64,000 bases of DNA from the human T2T-CHM13v2.0 reference genome, Homo sapiens. How positions within the stretch are numbered: position 1 is the stretch's first letter; the number at the start of each line of letters is the position of its first letter. Position numbers and translations under genes: made by a program. This document shows positions 46,610 through 64,000 of the stretch, piece after piece. The notes under the pieces were generated by a model. That model had not been told where the DNA came from. It worked only from the letters and a program-made list of their open reading frames with translations, and ran no database searches. The stretch is from assembly GCF_009914755.1 (NCBI RefSeq), contig NC_060941.1; one strand, given 5' to 3'.

Positions 46610-48099
46610 CTTTGTGGTTTTATCTACCTTTGGTCTTTGATGTTGGTGACCTACAGATGGGGTTTTGGTGTGGATGTCCTTTTTGCTGATGTTGATGCTA
46701 TTCCTTCCTGTTTGTTAATTTTCCTTCTAACAGGCCCCTCAGCTGCAGGTCTGTTGGAGTTTGCTGGAGGTCCACTCCGGACCCTGTTTGCCTAGGTCTC
46801 ACCAGTGGAGGCTGCAGAACAGCAAATATTGCAGAACAGCAAATATTGCTGCCTGATCCTTCCTCTGGAAGCATCATCCCAGAGGGGCACCTGCCTGTAT
46901 GAGGTGTCTGTCGGCCCCTACTGGGAGGTGTCTCCCAGTCAGTCTACATGGGATCAGGGACCCACTTGAAGAGGCAGTCTGTTCATTCTCAGAGCTTGAA
47001 TGCCATGCTGGGAGAACCACTGCTCTCTTCAGAGCTGTCAGTCAGGGACGTTTAAGTTTGCAGAAGTTGTCTGCTGCCTTTTTTTCAGCTATGCCCTGCC
47101 CACAGAGGTGGAATCTATAGAGGCAGTAGGCCTTGCTGAGCTACGGTGGGCTCTGCCTAGTTCGAGCTTCCCAGCTGCTTTGTTAACCTACTCAAGCCTC
47201 AGCAATGGCAGACGCCCCTCCCGCCATGAGGCTGCAGCCTCGCAGGTTGATCTCAGACTGCTGCAGTAGCAGTGAATAAGGCTTCGTGGGTGTGGGACCC
47301 ACCGAGCCAGGCACAGGAGGGAATCTTCTGGTCTGCTGGTTGCTAAGACCATGGGAAAAGCACAGTATTTGGGCAAAAGAGTACTGTTTTTCCAGGTACA
47401 GTCTGTCATGGCTTCCCTTGGCTAGGAAAGGGAAATCTCCCCACCCCTTGCACTTCCCAGTTGAGGTGACGCCCTGCCCTGCTTCGACTTGCCCTCCGTG
47501 GGCTGCACCCACTGTCCAACCAGTCCCAATGAGATGAACCAGGTATCTCAGTTGGAAATGCAGAAATCTACCCCTCTTCTGTGTCAATCTTGTCGATCTT
47601 GCTGGGAGCTGCAGACCGGAGCTGTTCCTATTCGGCCATCTTGGAAGTGACTGAAATTGTTATTTTTATGTGTTCTCTGTTTTGCTTCCTCACCAAGACT
47701 CTAAACTCTGGATGGAAGTATATCTGTTGTTTATAATTCCCAATAGTCTTAGTATAATCCCTTACACACAACGACCATTGTATTGTGACCAATGTAGTAG
47801 TAAAAATTGGAAAAGATTTTCAATAAATATTATGACAATGAATGCACGTGTGTTTACGTGTATATGTACAAGTTAAAGTTACCAAAGATGATTATAGGTC
47901 AGCAATGACTAAAGGTGACTAATATCATAATGACTAAATATGGCTTGGTAGGGATAGGAAAATCAGCATCTTACCCATTTCCTGCCAGACTCAAGGTGAA
48001 TAAGAGAAAGCTAAAAGATTGCCTTGCCCTAGGAGACAAGGTTAAGACCGAGTTACTAGGCTTATGGTGGTCATAAACCTGCAAATATTCTGAGAAGTC

Positions 48100-49990
<1,891 letters not shown>

Positions 49991-50049
49991 GCACAGCAAA
50001 CATTGTGAATGAATGTTCTGACTCACAAATCACTGTGAAATATTGTCCA

Positions 50050-51085
<1,036 letters not shown>

Positions 51086-51443
51086 AAACCAAATCCCTCC
51101 TGTGGTTCCTACTGCACTTAGAATAAAATCCCCAACTTCTTGCCCTAGCTGCCAAAGCTGTTTATGATGTTGTTTTGCCAGAATCCCTCGACCTCAACTT
51201 GTGCCATTCTTCCTTTGTCTGTTATTGTCCAGCCACAGTAGCTTTCTTTCTATTCCTTACACTTACCAAACTTTTCCCCCTGCCTTTGAAATGTTCTTCC
51301 CGCTGACTTTTACCAGGCTAGCTGCATCTTGTTTTTCAGATCTTGACTTAATGTTACCTCCTCATGAAGGCTTTTTATAACTACCTAGTCTCTAGTTGCC
51401 ACCAATCACTAGCTGTATCACATCACTCTACTTAAATTTTCTA

Positions 51444-51774
<331 letters not shown>

Positions 51775-51869
51775 TTATTTATATTTGTTTACTGTCTGCT
51801 TCCCCTATGTAAGAATTCTATAAGTTTTTTATATTTTAGAATTTAAAGTTTTTAAATTTTAAAAGAATG

Positions 51870-51970
51870 TTACGAGAAAGCAGGGACCTTGTCTGTTTTG
51901 TTCATCACCATATCCCCAAGCACCTAGAATAGTGCCTGGCATATACTAGGTGCTCAATAAATATTTGCCG
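51870..51970 (+). mobile_element. L2 3' end
   Basis: gcagggaccttgtctgttttgttca...gtgcctggcatatactaggtgctcaataaatattt. Confidence 0.8.
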
Positions 51971-52803
51971 AAAGAAAACTGAACTTCCTAGTCTTAAATG
52001 ATCATTTCTTGAAAAGGACTACTCTTCTCCCCAAGCTCCAGACCTGTCTTTTTGAATTCCTTCTTGGGTATTTCTGTCTAAATATTCTACAAATACCTCA
52101 AATTCAACATGCCCCTTTCTGCTCAATTACTCTTACAGACCTTATTTTTTCTGTTAATGGCATCATCATTAGCCCAATTGATCAGGCCAGAGGTCCTCTT
52201 TGATTCCTTTCTTTCTCTCAACTCCCACTATCTATCAGATCCTGTCAGTATCTTGTCTCACATCTTTCCCTTCTCTTCCACAGAGTTGCTACCACATCAT
52301 TTTAGGCCTAATTACTTTTTACTTGTATCATTGTAAGAAACTGCCTAACCGGGCTTTTTGCTTCCAATCCCCCACGCCTTTCCAGACCATACTGTCTTCT
52401 ATTCATCATACTACTTTTCTGTTCAAAACTAACAAATGAAATGCCATTTTTTTTTATGCTTTGGAAAGCCACGGAAAACTTTATCCTCAGCCTCCTTTAG
52501 ACCCTACTTACCTTTCCAGCCTCACCATTCATGACATCCCTGCAGCTCTGTGCTGCTGCCCTCATTCTGTGGCCTTATCAGCCTCATAGCTGGTGGTCAC
52601 ATACACCAGCAGCCTCCACCTTTACAAAGCCATTTTCCCTGACTGCAGTGCTCCTGAACCCCCGCTCCTTTTGGCTGACTTACAGTTTTATCTTTAAGAT
52701 ATAACTAAAAAACTGCCTCCCCAAGAAGCCTTTATAGATCTTCCCTCAACTCCAAAATTGAAATTAGTGGCATAGACCCATAATATCTCTATTATTAATA
52801 TCA

Positions 52804-53163
52804 TTTTTTTCTTTTTTTTTCCAAGATAGGTCTTACTTTGTTACCCAGACTGGAGTGCAGTGGCGCAATCTTGGCTCACTGCAGCCTTGAACTCCTGAGC
52901 TTAAGCAATCCTCCCACCTCAACCTCCTGAGTAGCTATGATGACAGGCATGTGCCACCATGCCCAGCTAATTTTTTTGTATTTTTTGTAGAGATGGGGTT
53001 TTGCTATGTTGCCTAGGCTGGTCTCAAACTCCTGAGCTCAAGCAGTCTGCCCAGGCTTCCAAAATATTTATTGAGCACCTACTATATGCCAGGCACTATT
53101 CTAGGTACTGCCCTCAGCCTCCCAAAGTGTTAGGATTACAGGCATGAGCCACCTCTCCCAGCC
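52804..53163 (-). mobile_element. AluJ containing an inserted L2-like segment
   Basis: reverse Alu interrupted at 53053-53107. Confidence 0.85.
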
Positions 53164-53882
53164 TATTTCATTTTTTAAATTGTGGTAAAGTATACATAAT
53201 ATAAAATTTACCATTGTAACTGTTTTTAAGGGTACAATTCCCTTGCATTAAGTACATTTACATTGCTGTACAACATTCACCACTGTCCTCTGCTATCATA
53301 TTTAATTATTTATGGATGTAGTTGTCCCCTCCTCTGATTGGAAACAAAACGCTTGGCGTTATTTGTAAGTGCTGAATTAACATGGATGAACATGAATATA
53401 ATCAGATCATCTCCTGAGATGAGATGTCATGTCACAAGTATCCTTGTGATCCTGCTTGGGTAACTTCAGGATTGTGTTCAGTTTTCTTCCTTGTACTTAT
53501 TCAAAATGGCATTGGTTAGAGTTCACGGAGTCCTGGATTTTTAAAGGTTCTTTGCCTAATTTCTTCTTTACAAGTTTTTGGTGCGTACACTTAACCTAAC
53601 TTTTTTGTCTTACCAATATCTATCCTATAAATATGCCAGTGAAATGGAGCATATTGCGTTAGGTAAGGTGTGCATATTTCAAGAACTAGATGTGTTTCAA
53701 AGCACATAATGAAACTTCAGCAAAAATGAGATTAAGAGTTTAGGCTCCAATAATATTGCTGCGATTTTATTTCTGTCAAAGTTTTGTTATTTTTGCTGTA
53801 TTGTTTGCTTTTCTTCAATGTTTTGTAAGCCCCGGTTCTTTGATGAACTCCTAATAAGCTGTGCTTAAAACTATGACATTGA

Positions 53883-54263
<381 letters not shown>

Positions 54264-54989
54264 TAAATCAGCATGTATTTTTAAACATCATAGAATGCGA
54301 GGGTTTGAAGTGTCTTTTGTGATCATCTAACATTCACTTTGCATATAAATAAATAAATAAAGACCCATGTTAATGCCAAAGGGAGTGAGTGGCAGAAGAA
54401 TCTATGACGGAAGCATATCTTTTGGTGCTGTCAATGAAAGGGAAACAAATGCTTGGCATTATTTGTAAGTGCTGAATTAACATGGATGAACATGAAAATA
54501 ATCAGATCATCAGTTATTCTCCCTCCTGATCTGAAGGATCCTGTGTGACATCATCTGAGATGCACTGGGGGTTGAGGAAAGATGACCCTTAAAATCCACA
54601 TTTGTACTTTCCAAGAGCAAGGTGAGATCATAGAGAAGTTACACCCGCTCCTTTCTCCACTTTTTAGTCTTTATCCACTAAAAACAAGATGTGAGAAAAT
54701 CAAGTGACAAGAATGATAGGGTAATAGGCTGTCAACAAAATGAGTGTGTGGGCTTATATAGGTATAAACATGGTGAAGGTGATAGACCATGGATGCTTAG
54801 TCCCTTTTAAGTTCCATCTTCCGTTTAACACATTTTGAAAGAATTTATTGTGTCTTATTTTCCCCTGATTTGTGTAGCTGTGCCACCCTAGATAACAGTT
54901 TTTCTTTTTGCTCTTGCCACCTTCTTGATAAAGGCAAGTACAGTTAGAATCGTAGGTACTTAATAATGCTTCGGCATGAATATGCTTCA

Positions 54990-55170
54990 CAACTTTGAGA
55001 TGTGTACCCTTTATTTTCTTTCTGTTATAAATCTTAATTTCTTTGTGCCCTACTTTTCATATCTGTAAAATGGATGAAATAGTAGTATCTGCCTCATATA
55101 ATTGCTGTAAAGATTAAATGCTAATACACATAAAGCTCTTAGAACAGGTCTGGTGTATAGTAAACACACA
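54990..55170 (+). mobile_element. MIR
   Basis: atctgtaaaatgg...gcctcata...gtaaagattaaatg core. Confidence 0.6.
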
Positions 55171-55463
55171 AAGCTGCTATTATTATTGTTACTGGTATTA
55201 ACTGATATATTCATACTTTTTATAACTGCTCATCCTATTAATTAAATGTATTTTTTCACTATATATTCTTTTTCAATGTATATTCCTTTTAATCTTCCTT
55301 CTTAGCCTCCACTATAGTTCAGATGCCTTCTCCAATTTCAAACAATTTAATGAAAAGAAAAGAAAATTTATACATCCAGAGATGGCTGATTTAATTTCTT
55401 CAGTCTTTTGGAGGGTAGAATTATTTTCCTTCTGAGAGTAAACTTATTTTTTCTATGTTACAG

Positions 55464-55606
55464 GTGGTATGCAAGATTACAATTATGTGTGGGCCAACTG
55501 TTTTGAGATCACATTAGAACTGTCTTGTTGCAAGTACCCACCTGCTTCACAGCTTCGACAGGAATGGGAGAACAATCGTGAGTCTTTGATCACATTGATT
55601 GAAAAG
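55464..55606 (+). CDS. CPD: CPD exon 3 ([26 protein letters not shown]...; catalytic E350)
   Basis: acceptor tgttacag|GT, donor AAAG|gtaaaa; 143 nt; translated by hand in frame. Confidence 0.97.
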
Positions 55607-56286
55607 GTAAAAGTAGATGACTGGAATGTTGGGGTATAGAAACAGGATTAAATAAGGGAGAAATTTGGATGCATGTGAATGATAATCTATACAGTATTAG
55701 ATGTCATTTATCTCTTTTTATTACTTAAGATTATAAATTATCTTTAAAGATTATTAGATTATAATCTATTAAAACATATTCTAGCTCTGCTTCCCCTGCC
55801 CCTTACCCCCAGCTCTCTGCTCCATAGGGCTTCCTTTTCCTATCTTGGAACACTTACTTATACAAACTGAAATAATTAGCCAAATTTGTACTCTCAGGTT
55901 CTTACAATGTCATGTGATCATATTTGCTAGTGAGCCTTTACCACTATATGAACCATGGACATCAGTTTAATTTAAACATCACCCAGACTAATACAGCAAT
56001 TGAATACACCAGCAGTTACACCTTGTTGAGAAAATTAGAAATCTGGCTTTGAGGAGAGGGAATTTTAAAAGCACCTTACTAGTGTCGAGTTCAGACATAT
56101 GACTTAAGTTTAAGGATTTAATACTTCTGTCTGTATTTTATTTAAACTTCAAGGGATTGAAAATGTTTTGGGGGAGAGAGAAGAGTCACTTTATTTTTTA
56201 GAAATTCTAGTATCGGTGCAGAGAGAAATTATGCGCTCTTGCCTTCCAAATTCACCGTCTCTGAGCTTGGATTCTTGTCTTCTTAG

Positions 56287-56456
56287 GTTCACATTGGAGT
56301 GAAAGGATTTGTTAAAGATTCCATAACAGGATCTGGGTTAGAGAATGCAACCATCTCAGTGGCTGGTATTAATCATAATATCACAACAGGCAGATTTGGT
56401 GATTTCTACCGATTACTTGTTCCTGGAACTTACAACCTTACAGTAGTTTTAACTGG
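56287..56456 (+). CDS. CPD: CPD exon 4 (VHIGVKGFVKD...GDFYRLLVPGTYNLT; transthyretin-like subdomain)
   Basis: acceptor cttcttag|GT, donor TGG|gtaaga; 170 nt. Confidence 0.97.
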
Positions 56457-57296
56457 GTAAGAATTTAAACTATGTAGACTCTTAGTTAAAATGTCAAGTC
56501 TCTGTTTTATATCTGAGACAGAAATATAGTCTAGTACATGTTGTTTATTTTTTGTGGCTTTTATTTTTCCTTATTTTCTGATTTTTCTCGTTTTATAATA
56601 AGAAAATACTATTGTGGAGTTTTTTGTCACATAGTCTAATAGTACAATGGGATGTGAAGCATAGTTGTAGCATTAGAGGAAGGACAATTTTTAAAACTTG
56701 AAAAGATATTCAGCTGTGTAAAGCATTGCCTTAAAGCTAACCGAATACCAGAGTAGAAGAAACCCATTGCTCTGTAAATGACATTTTGAAGAACTGTCTT
56801 ATCAGCTTTCTAATATATTAAATGAATGGTTTCCCACCTCCCCTGGAAAGCTTTCTGGAAGCTCACTTTGATAAGGATTTAATTGATAACCTTTAATCTT
56901 GAGCTTTCCTACTTGAAAAAGAAGTTGGAATGTCAGTTTGATAAGACACTGCAAAGAATTGTGTAATTTATCCCTTCTTTGAGTACTGTAGCAGTGGTTA
57001 CAATGGAGTAACAACCACATCTTTCAACATGTTCTTTCCTTTGAGTGTAATTTTTTTGGTATACATTCTAGTGTGTGGTACTTGAGAAGATTTGGTGAGA
57101 GAAATAGTTGTTCAATCTGGGGTTCTTTGTGAGATAATGTCCTAAAACTCTTAAATTTACACATCTCTCTTTATTTAGTTTGAGTTTTGATAGATCGCTA
57201 AGTGTAAGAGGATGAAAAGGCTACTGTGCTTTTATAATATTAAAGCATTGTATGTCTTAACTATAAACCATTTACTTTTTCAAATTTTTTTTTCAG

Positions 57297-57646
57297 GTAT
57301 ATGCCATTGACTGTTACTAATGTAGTGGTGAAAGAAGGACCAGCCACAGAGGTGGATTTTTCTCTTAGGCCAACTGTAACTTCAGTAATCCCTGACACGA
57401 CAGAGGCTGTATCAACTGCTAGCACAGTTGCTATACCTAATATTCTTTCTGGAACATCATCCTCCTACCAGCCAATTCAGCCAAAGGACTTTCACCACCA
57501 CCATTTCCCTGATATGGAAATCTTCTTGAGAAGGTTTGCCAATGAATATCCTAACATTACCCGGCTTTATTCCTTGGGAAAATCAGTAGAGTCAAGAGAA
57601 CTTTATGTGATGGAGATATCTGATAATCCGGGTGTCCATGAACCAG
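57297..57646 (+). CDS. CPD: CPD exon 5 (end of domain I, S/T-rich linker, start of domain II)
   Basis: acceptor ttttttcag|G, donor CCAG|gtaatt; 350 nt; matches ORF 57301. Confidence 0.97.
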
Positions 57647-58128
57647 GTAATTGGTATGGTCTTACACATAATTTCAGTAGTGCCCCTCAAAGCCATGTTC
57701 AATATTGCTATGTTTCATTCAGAAAGGTCGCCTACAGTTTGTATAACTGGCATTAAGAAAACCTAACTAAAATTAAAAGAAAGCAAAAAAGAAAATGTAA
57801 CCAATCTTTTCCCAGAAGAGAAGGAAATCCTTTTGCTAACCCATATTAGGCATGGTATTTAATAAGTGCATAGATTAGATTTATTCTGCTAATAGTGTTT
57901 TATTTATTTATATTATATAGCATATATATGCTTTGAGCCTGCTCAGACATATGTATTAGTAAGGAAGCTGCTTTATAAGATGTTTCTGAAGGTTTTTTCT
58001 GCCTCCTTTGCCAAAATACATGTTTAAAAAATTTTTTAGTATAGGATTTATATATGTTGCGGAAAAAAACTGAGTCCATGATGATTAAGAAGGAAAAAAA
58101 GCCTTCCATGTAATTATTTTGTTTTCAG

Positions 58129-58320
58129 GTGAACCAGAATTTAAGTACATTGGAAATATGCATGGAAATGAAGTGGTTGGAAGAGAACTGCTGTTGAACC
58201 TCATAGAATACCTTTGTAAGAACTTTGGAACAGACCCTGAAGTCACAGATTTGGTTCATAACACTAGAATTCACCTTATGCCATCCATGAATCCTGATGG
58301 GTATGAAAAGTCCCAGGAAG
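58129..58320 (+). CDS. CPD: CPD exon 6 ([14 protein letters not shown], Zn ligands H564/E567; MPSMNPDG)
   Basis: acceptor gttttcag|GT, donor GAAG|gtaaag; 192 nt, phase 1-1. Confidence 0.97.
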
Positions 58321-58604
58321 GTAAAGAATAGCATTTAATTCTTAATCATTTGATCATCATATAGAATGATTATTTTGATGGAGAAGAGAATTTGAACTGG
58401 TTCTTTTGGAATTTCTTCCAATTTTTTTTCCTTTTAATTTATGATTGATTTTAGCTCTTGTATTCTTATATGATGATCTGGTCTGTTCAACAATTAGGTG
58501 ATCAAATTTATATATTTAGTGGTGTCTTCCACTTGGTAATGGTTCTAATTTACTAGAAATAGAGTATAAGACTTTTATAAATTGTTTTATTTTAGCAATA
58601 GTTC

Positions 58605-59166
58605 TGTTGACAAAGAGTCAAACTCTGTAAAATATTTGAAGAGATTTATTCTGAGCCAAATATGAGTGACCATGGCCCATGACACAGCCCTCAGACCCAG
58701 AGGACATGTGTTCAGGGTAGTCAGGGTGCAGCTTGGTTTTAAACATTTTAAGAAGACATGAGACATCAGTCAGACACATTTAAGATATACATTGGCTTGG
58801 TCCAGAAATCGGGCGAGGGTTGAAAGATTTATTATCAATCGAAAGGAATGTCTGGGTTAGGATAAGAGGTTGTAGTTACCAAAGTTTGATCATGCAGATG
58901 AAGCCTCCAGGTAGCAGGCTTCACAGAGAATAGATTGTAAATGTTTCTTATCAGACTTAAGGTCTGTGTTGGTATTAATGCTGATTGACTTTTCCTGATT
59001 TCCAAAAGAGAGGAGGCATAATGAGGCATGTCTGACCCCCATTTCCCATCATGGCCTGAACCAGTCTTTCAGGTTAACTTTGGAGTGCCGTGGTCAAGAG
59101 GAGGGAATCTGTTGAGATAGGCCCTGCCTATTGAGCGGGGCCTTAGAATTTTGTTTTGGGTTTACA
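58605..59166 (-). mobile_element. MER4-family solo LTR
   Basis: TG...CA ends, exact 4-bp TSD gttc, minus strand starts TGTAAACCCAAAACAAAATTCTAAGG. Confidence 0.8.
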
Positions 59167-59955
59167 GTTCTTATTAAATCATTATTTTGGGAACCTTATT
59201 TCATAAGTGAAAAACCAAACCAGATATCTGTCTGAGTCAGTGACTCTGTTTTGACTCTCAGTTCTACTCCCTCTGCATATTCCAGACTTGCTAATTTATT
59301 GACTTCTCATTTCTTTGCCTTCCCTGGGCAAGCCCATCTCTCCTGGGGCGTTATAGTGTGGGATGGGACAGCAGACCCTTATGCACAACACTAGGGGAGT
59401 AAGAATTCATCTTTTCCCAGCCCATGATTTCTTCCAGGCAATGATATCTATCAGGCACCATAGTATAATATGGAGCCTCATGACTTATTACTAGCACTGA
59501 CCTGACCATTGGGAGGATCAGTTGGTCATTAGTTGGTCATTAGTACCCAGAAGTTGGTCATTAGTACCCCAGAAGCTCACTTGAACAAATAGGCACAAGA
59601 TCTTACTTATATATGTATATATTTCAGATTTTTCCCCCTAAGGTTCTCATTCTTTGTCAGTGCCACAAGTCCCTTCTACATACTCCCCAGACCTTTCTGA
59701 AAGGTGGAACTAATTACACTAGTGAGCCCTCCAGTTTTCTTTAGTCTCTTGCAATTTTTCTCATTATAATGACAATAGTAAGGCTCCCACTCCCTATTAA
59801 AATGGAATATGCACAGTTAAGCTTAAATTGAACTTTCTCCTCCATCAGGTTAAACTTCCAGCTGTGCTCTTGGCTAACTTTACCTTTTTGTGATCACTTT
59901 AATGTGAGCATATCACAATTTTCTTTTCATTTGCTCTATTTCTTACAATGTCTTA

Positions 59956-60293
<338 letters not shown>

Positions 60294-60540
60294 ACAAATA
60301 GAGTTCCCCTCTGATCAGTAATTTCCACTCAACATTGTGATAATGTCATTATATGTGGATTATTGACACTTAAACAGTGCTTTAATATAATTTGTCTAAT
60401 TGGAATATTTTTCCTCCCAGATTATGAGCAGAGGGCAAAAATAAAAAGATAATGGTTTTACCTCTCTGTTCAAAATATCTGGAAGAGATACAGTTTTTAA
60501 ACACGCAATGTGAAAAAGATGTGTTTTAACTGTAATGCCT

Positions 60541-60925
<385 letters not shown>

Positions 60926-61520
60926 TTAATGCAAGGCCAGCCACGCAGGAGAATTGGAGTTATCACTCAAATCAGTCTCCCTGAAGGCTCAGAGGTTAGG
61001 GTTTTTCAAAGATAGTTTGATGGACAAGGGACTAGAGAATGGGTTGATTGGTTGGGGATGAAATCATAGGGATGTGGAAAACAGTCCTTATGTGCTGAGT
61101 CAGCTTCTAGTTGGGAACCACAGGACCAGCTGAGTTACAACTCACTCACTGGTCCAGGTGACGTCAGCTGGTTGTCAGAAATGCAAAAGTCAGAATAACA
61201 TCTCAGAAGGCCAATCTTAGGTTCTACAGTAGTGATGTTATCTACAGGAGTAGTTGAGGAAGTTACAAATCTTAACAACTTCCAAAACAATGACTGGTTA
61301 TCCTTTAATTACACATACATGTTAGCCAAATTCAGGCCCCTCTTATAATCCCAACCTTGTGACCTTTCATTAGTTTTACAAAGGTGGTTTAGTTTTGGGA
61401 AAGGTTGTTATCATCCTTGCTTTAAGATTAAACTGTAAGCTAAATTTCTCCCAAAGTTAGCTTGGCCGATGCCCAGGAATGACCAAGGACAGCTTGGAGG
61501 TTAGAAGTAAGGTGGAGTCT

Positions 61521-62180
<660 letters not shown>

Positions 62181-62356
62181 GTATGGCAACTTTATATTCT
62201 ACTAATCAGTTCTTGTTGAGAGCATTTGGAAATCCTGGTGGAATTTTATCTGTTTGTAGTGTTATGCTTTCTTAAAATGAGTATCCTGTTACTGCTCTTA
62301 TGGCAGACAACAGTAAAGGTCTTTTCTCATTACTTTTTCAGCCAGTGTCCTGGCTG

Positions 62357-62583
62357 TTTCTTTCCTCCTTCTTTCTCTCTTTTTTTCCTCCTCTTCTCTT
62401 CTCCTTTTACCCCCATCTCTTCTCTCCACCCCTTTCTCCTCTCTTTTCTCACCTACTACTTCTCTTTCCCTTCTCTTACCTCCTCTCCCCTTTCTTCTCT
62501 GTCTTGTCTTTTTTCTCCTCTCCTCTCCTTCTCCCCCGCCTGTCCCCCTACTCTGTTCTTCCTCCTCCTCTCCTCTTCCTCTC
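62357..62583. repeat. About 225-nt CT-rich low-complexity tract in intron 7
   Basis: almost purely pyrimidine on + strand. Confidence 0.9.
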
Positions 62584-62909
62584 ATAGTTCTTCAGGTATT
62601 TTGTATTTATCTCTCACATTGGGAACTTGGTAACATATTCTTTGTCATTCATAAAAATTGATCCAAATGTTTAGTTCTGTTTTCTCCCTGAAGTTTAATA
62701 AACTCTTTTATGTAAATTTAGATTTTGATATTCTCTTTTTTACTTGGTATATCCTTAACTGCAGCAGAGTGACCACATTCTCATGTAGTACCTGAGCTCA
62801 TATACCTCCATATAATTTAGCAGGATGGATCGGTTGAATAGGATGAGTGTCAAGATTAAAAATCGCCACAATGTCCAACTAAGGTTGCGAATAAGAGTGA
62901 AGATATCAG

Positions 62910-63510
62910 TACCCAAGAGAACCAAACTGTGTCCACACATAAACTCACTTGAACAAAATGTTCACTCATTTAATGTACAGTGCTCATGTATATGAATGTT
63001 CAATGTACATGAACGTTCATTCAGGATTATTCACAATAACAAAAAAGTTGAAACAACCCAAACAACCATCATCTGATAAATAGATAAATAAAATGTGGTC
63101 TGTCCTTACAATGAATATTATTTGGCTCGAAAAGGAATCAAGTGCTGATACATGCTACAACATAGATCCTTGAAACCTTACACTAAGTGACAAAAGCCAG
63201 TCATAATAGACCACATAGTGCATGATTATTATTTTTTTCTTTATCAAGTTGATTATATTTTTATGAAATTTTTAGAATAGGCATATCCATAGAGACAGGA
63301 AGTAGATTAAAGATTGTATTGGGCTGGAGTGAATAGTGGTAAGAGGTGATAGGGGAGTGACTGCTAATGGATTTTGGGGTTTCTTTTTGGAGTTATGAAA
63401 ATGTTCTATAACTGGATAGTGGTAGTGGTTGTACAACCCTGTGAATATAAACAACTTTAAATGGGTGAATTGCATGGTATTTGAATTACATCAGTAAAAC
63501 TACTAAAAAA
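62910..63510 (+). mobile_element. L1M 3' fragment
   Basis: aaacaacccaa...ctgatacatgctacaacat...aagccagtca old L1 3' end. Confidence 0.65.
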
Positions 63511-64000
63511 AAAAAAGTGACAAGTATTAGCACCAGGGGCAATGGGGAAGAAATTTAGTTTCAACATTTACTGGAATATCCAGAAGTACCATAGTGGAGA
63601 CTTCATGTCATATAGAGTAGCCTGCCATTTTAGAATGACAGTACATACTGATGGATATTTAGATTTAGGAGGTTAATTGAGATTCTCCAAAAATTGCTTT
63701 GAAAGATTGCCAATAGTAGAAAAAAGTACTTCTACAGTTGGTAATCATATATTGTTCTCAAAGAGTCAAATAAGAACTATGAAGTTATACCCTGGTTGGC
63801 AAAATAAATTTTTTGTTTTCTTTTATTATATTTTATGTGTTTAATGCTATGTTTGATAAAATTCACTTATTTAGAGCTTTAAAAATAGTCTCATAATAAA
63901 TCACACATCATGTTGGCTAAATCTGGAAAGTTAATAATAGTTACATTCCAGTGAAAATAAGTCACAGATTTACAGATGTGGTGTCCAGACCTTGGCATGG

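Noticed and set aside
46814-46850. Tandem gcagaacagcaaatatt in L1 5' UTR
   Set aside because: Resembles a repeat I recall in older L1PA consensus; not locus-specific evidence.
51922-53106. Inverted L2 pair as a miR-28/151-type precursor
   Set aside because: The arms are 1.1 kb apart, far too long a loop for a pri-miRNA hairpin.
62755-62910. Compositionally distinct, CpG-containing stretch resembling a coding/NUMT fragment
   Set aside because: No recognisable protein in the frames I tried, including the mitochondrial code; needs BLAST/Dfam.

Overview
Primate (almost certainly human) genomic DNA containing the 5' part of CPD (carboxypeptidase D, M14B metallocarboxypeptidase) on the + strand. 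It comprises about 13 kb of repeat-rich upstream DNA, a CpG-island promoter and coding exons 1-7 (13612-14357, 19620-19867, 55464-55606, 56287-56456, 57297-57646, 58129-58320, 62013-62180). These splice in frame through GT-AG junctions and encode the signal peptide, domain I and part of domain II; the gene continues past the window. Intron 2 (35.6 kb) holds a full-length, disabled antisense L1PA with TSD and two solo LTRs (MER52, MER4). Other solo LTRs are LTR18 upstream, and MER4 and LTR8 in intron 6. About 30 Alus and old L1M/L2/MIR fragments are scattered throughout. Apart from CPD exons and L1 fragments, the ORF track looks like noise. I cannot demonstrate a new biological system. The best leads are: stop-free in-frame exon 3-5/3-6/3-7 circles bracketed by inverted Alus; AG|GT recursive-splice-like sites; an alternative first exon and an L1 antisense promoter that could give signal-peptide-less CPD; and several locally templated insertion scars. 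Repeat subfamily names are from memory of consensus sequences, and repeat boundaries are approximate.
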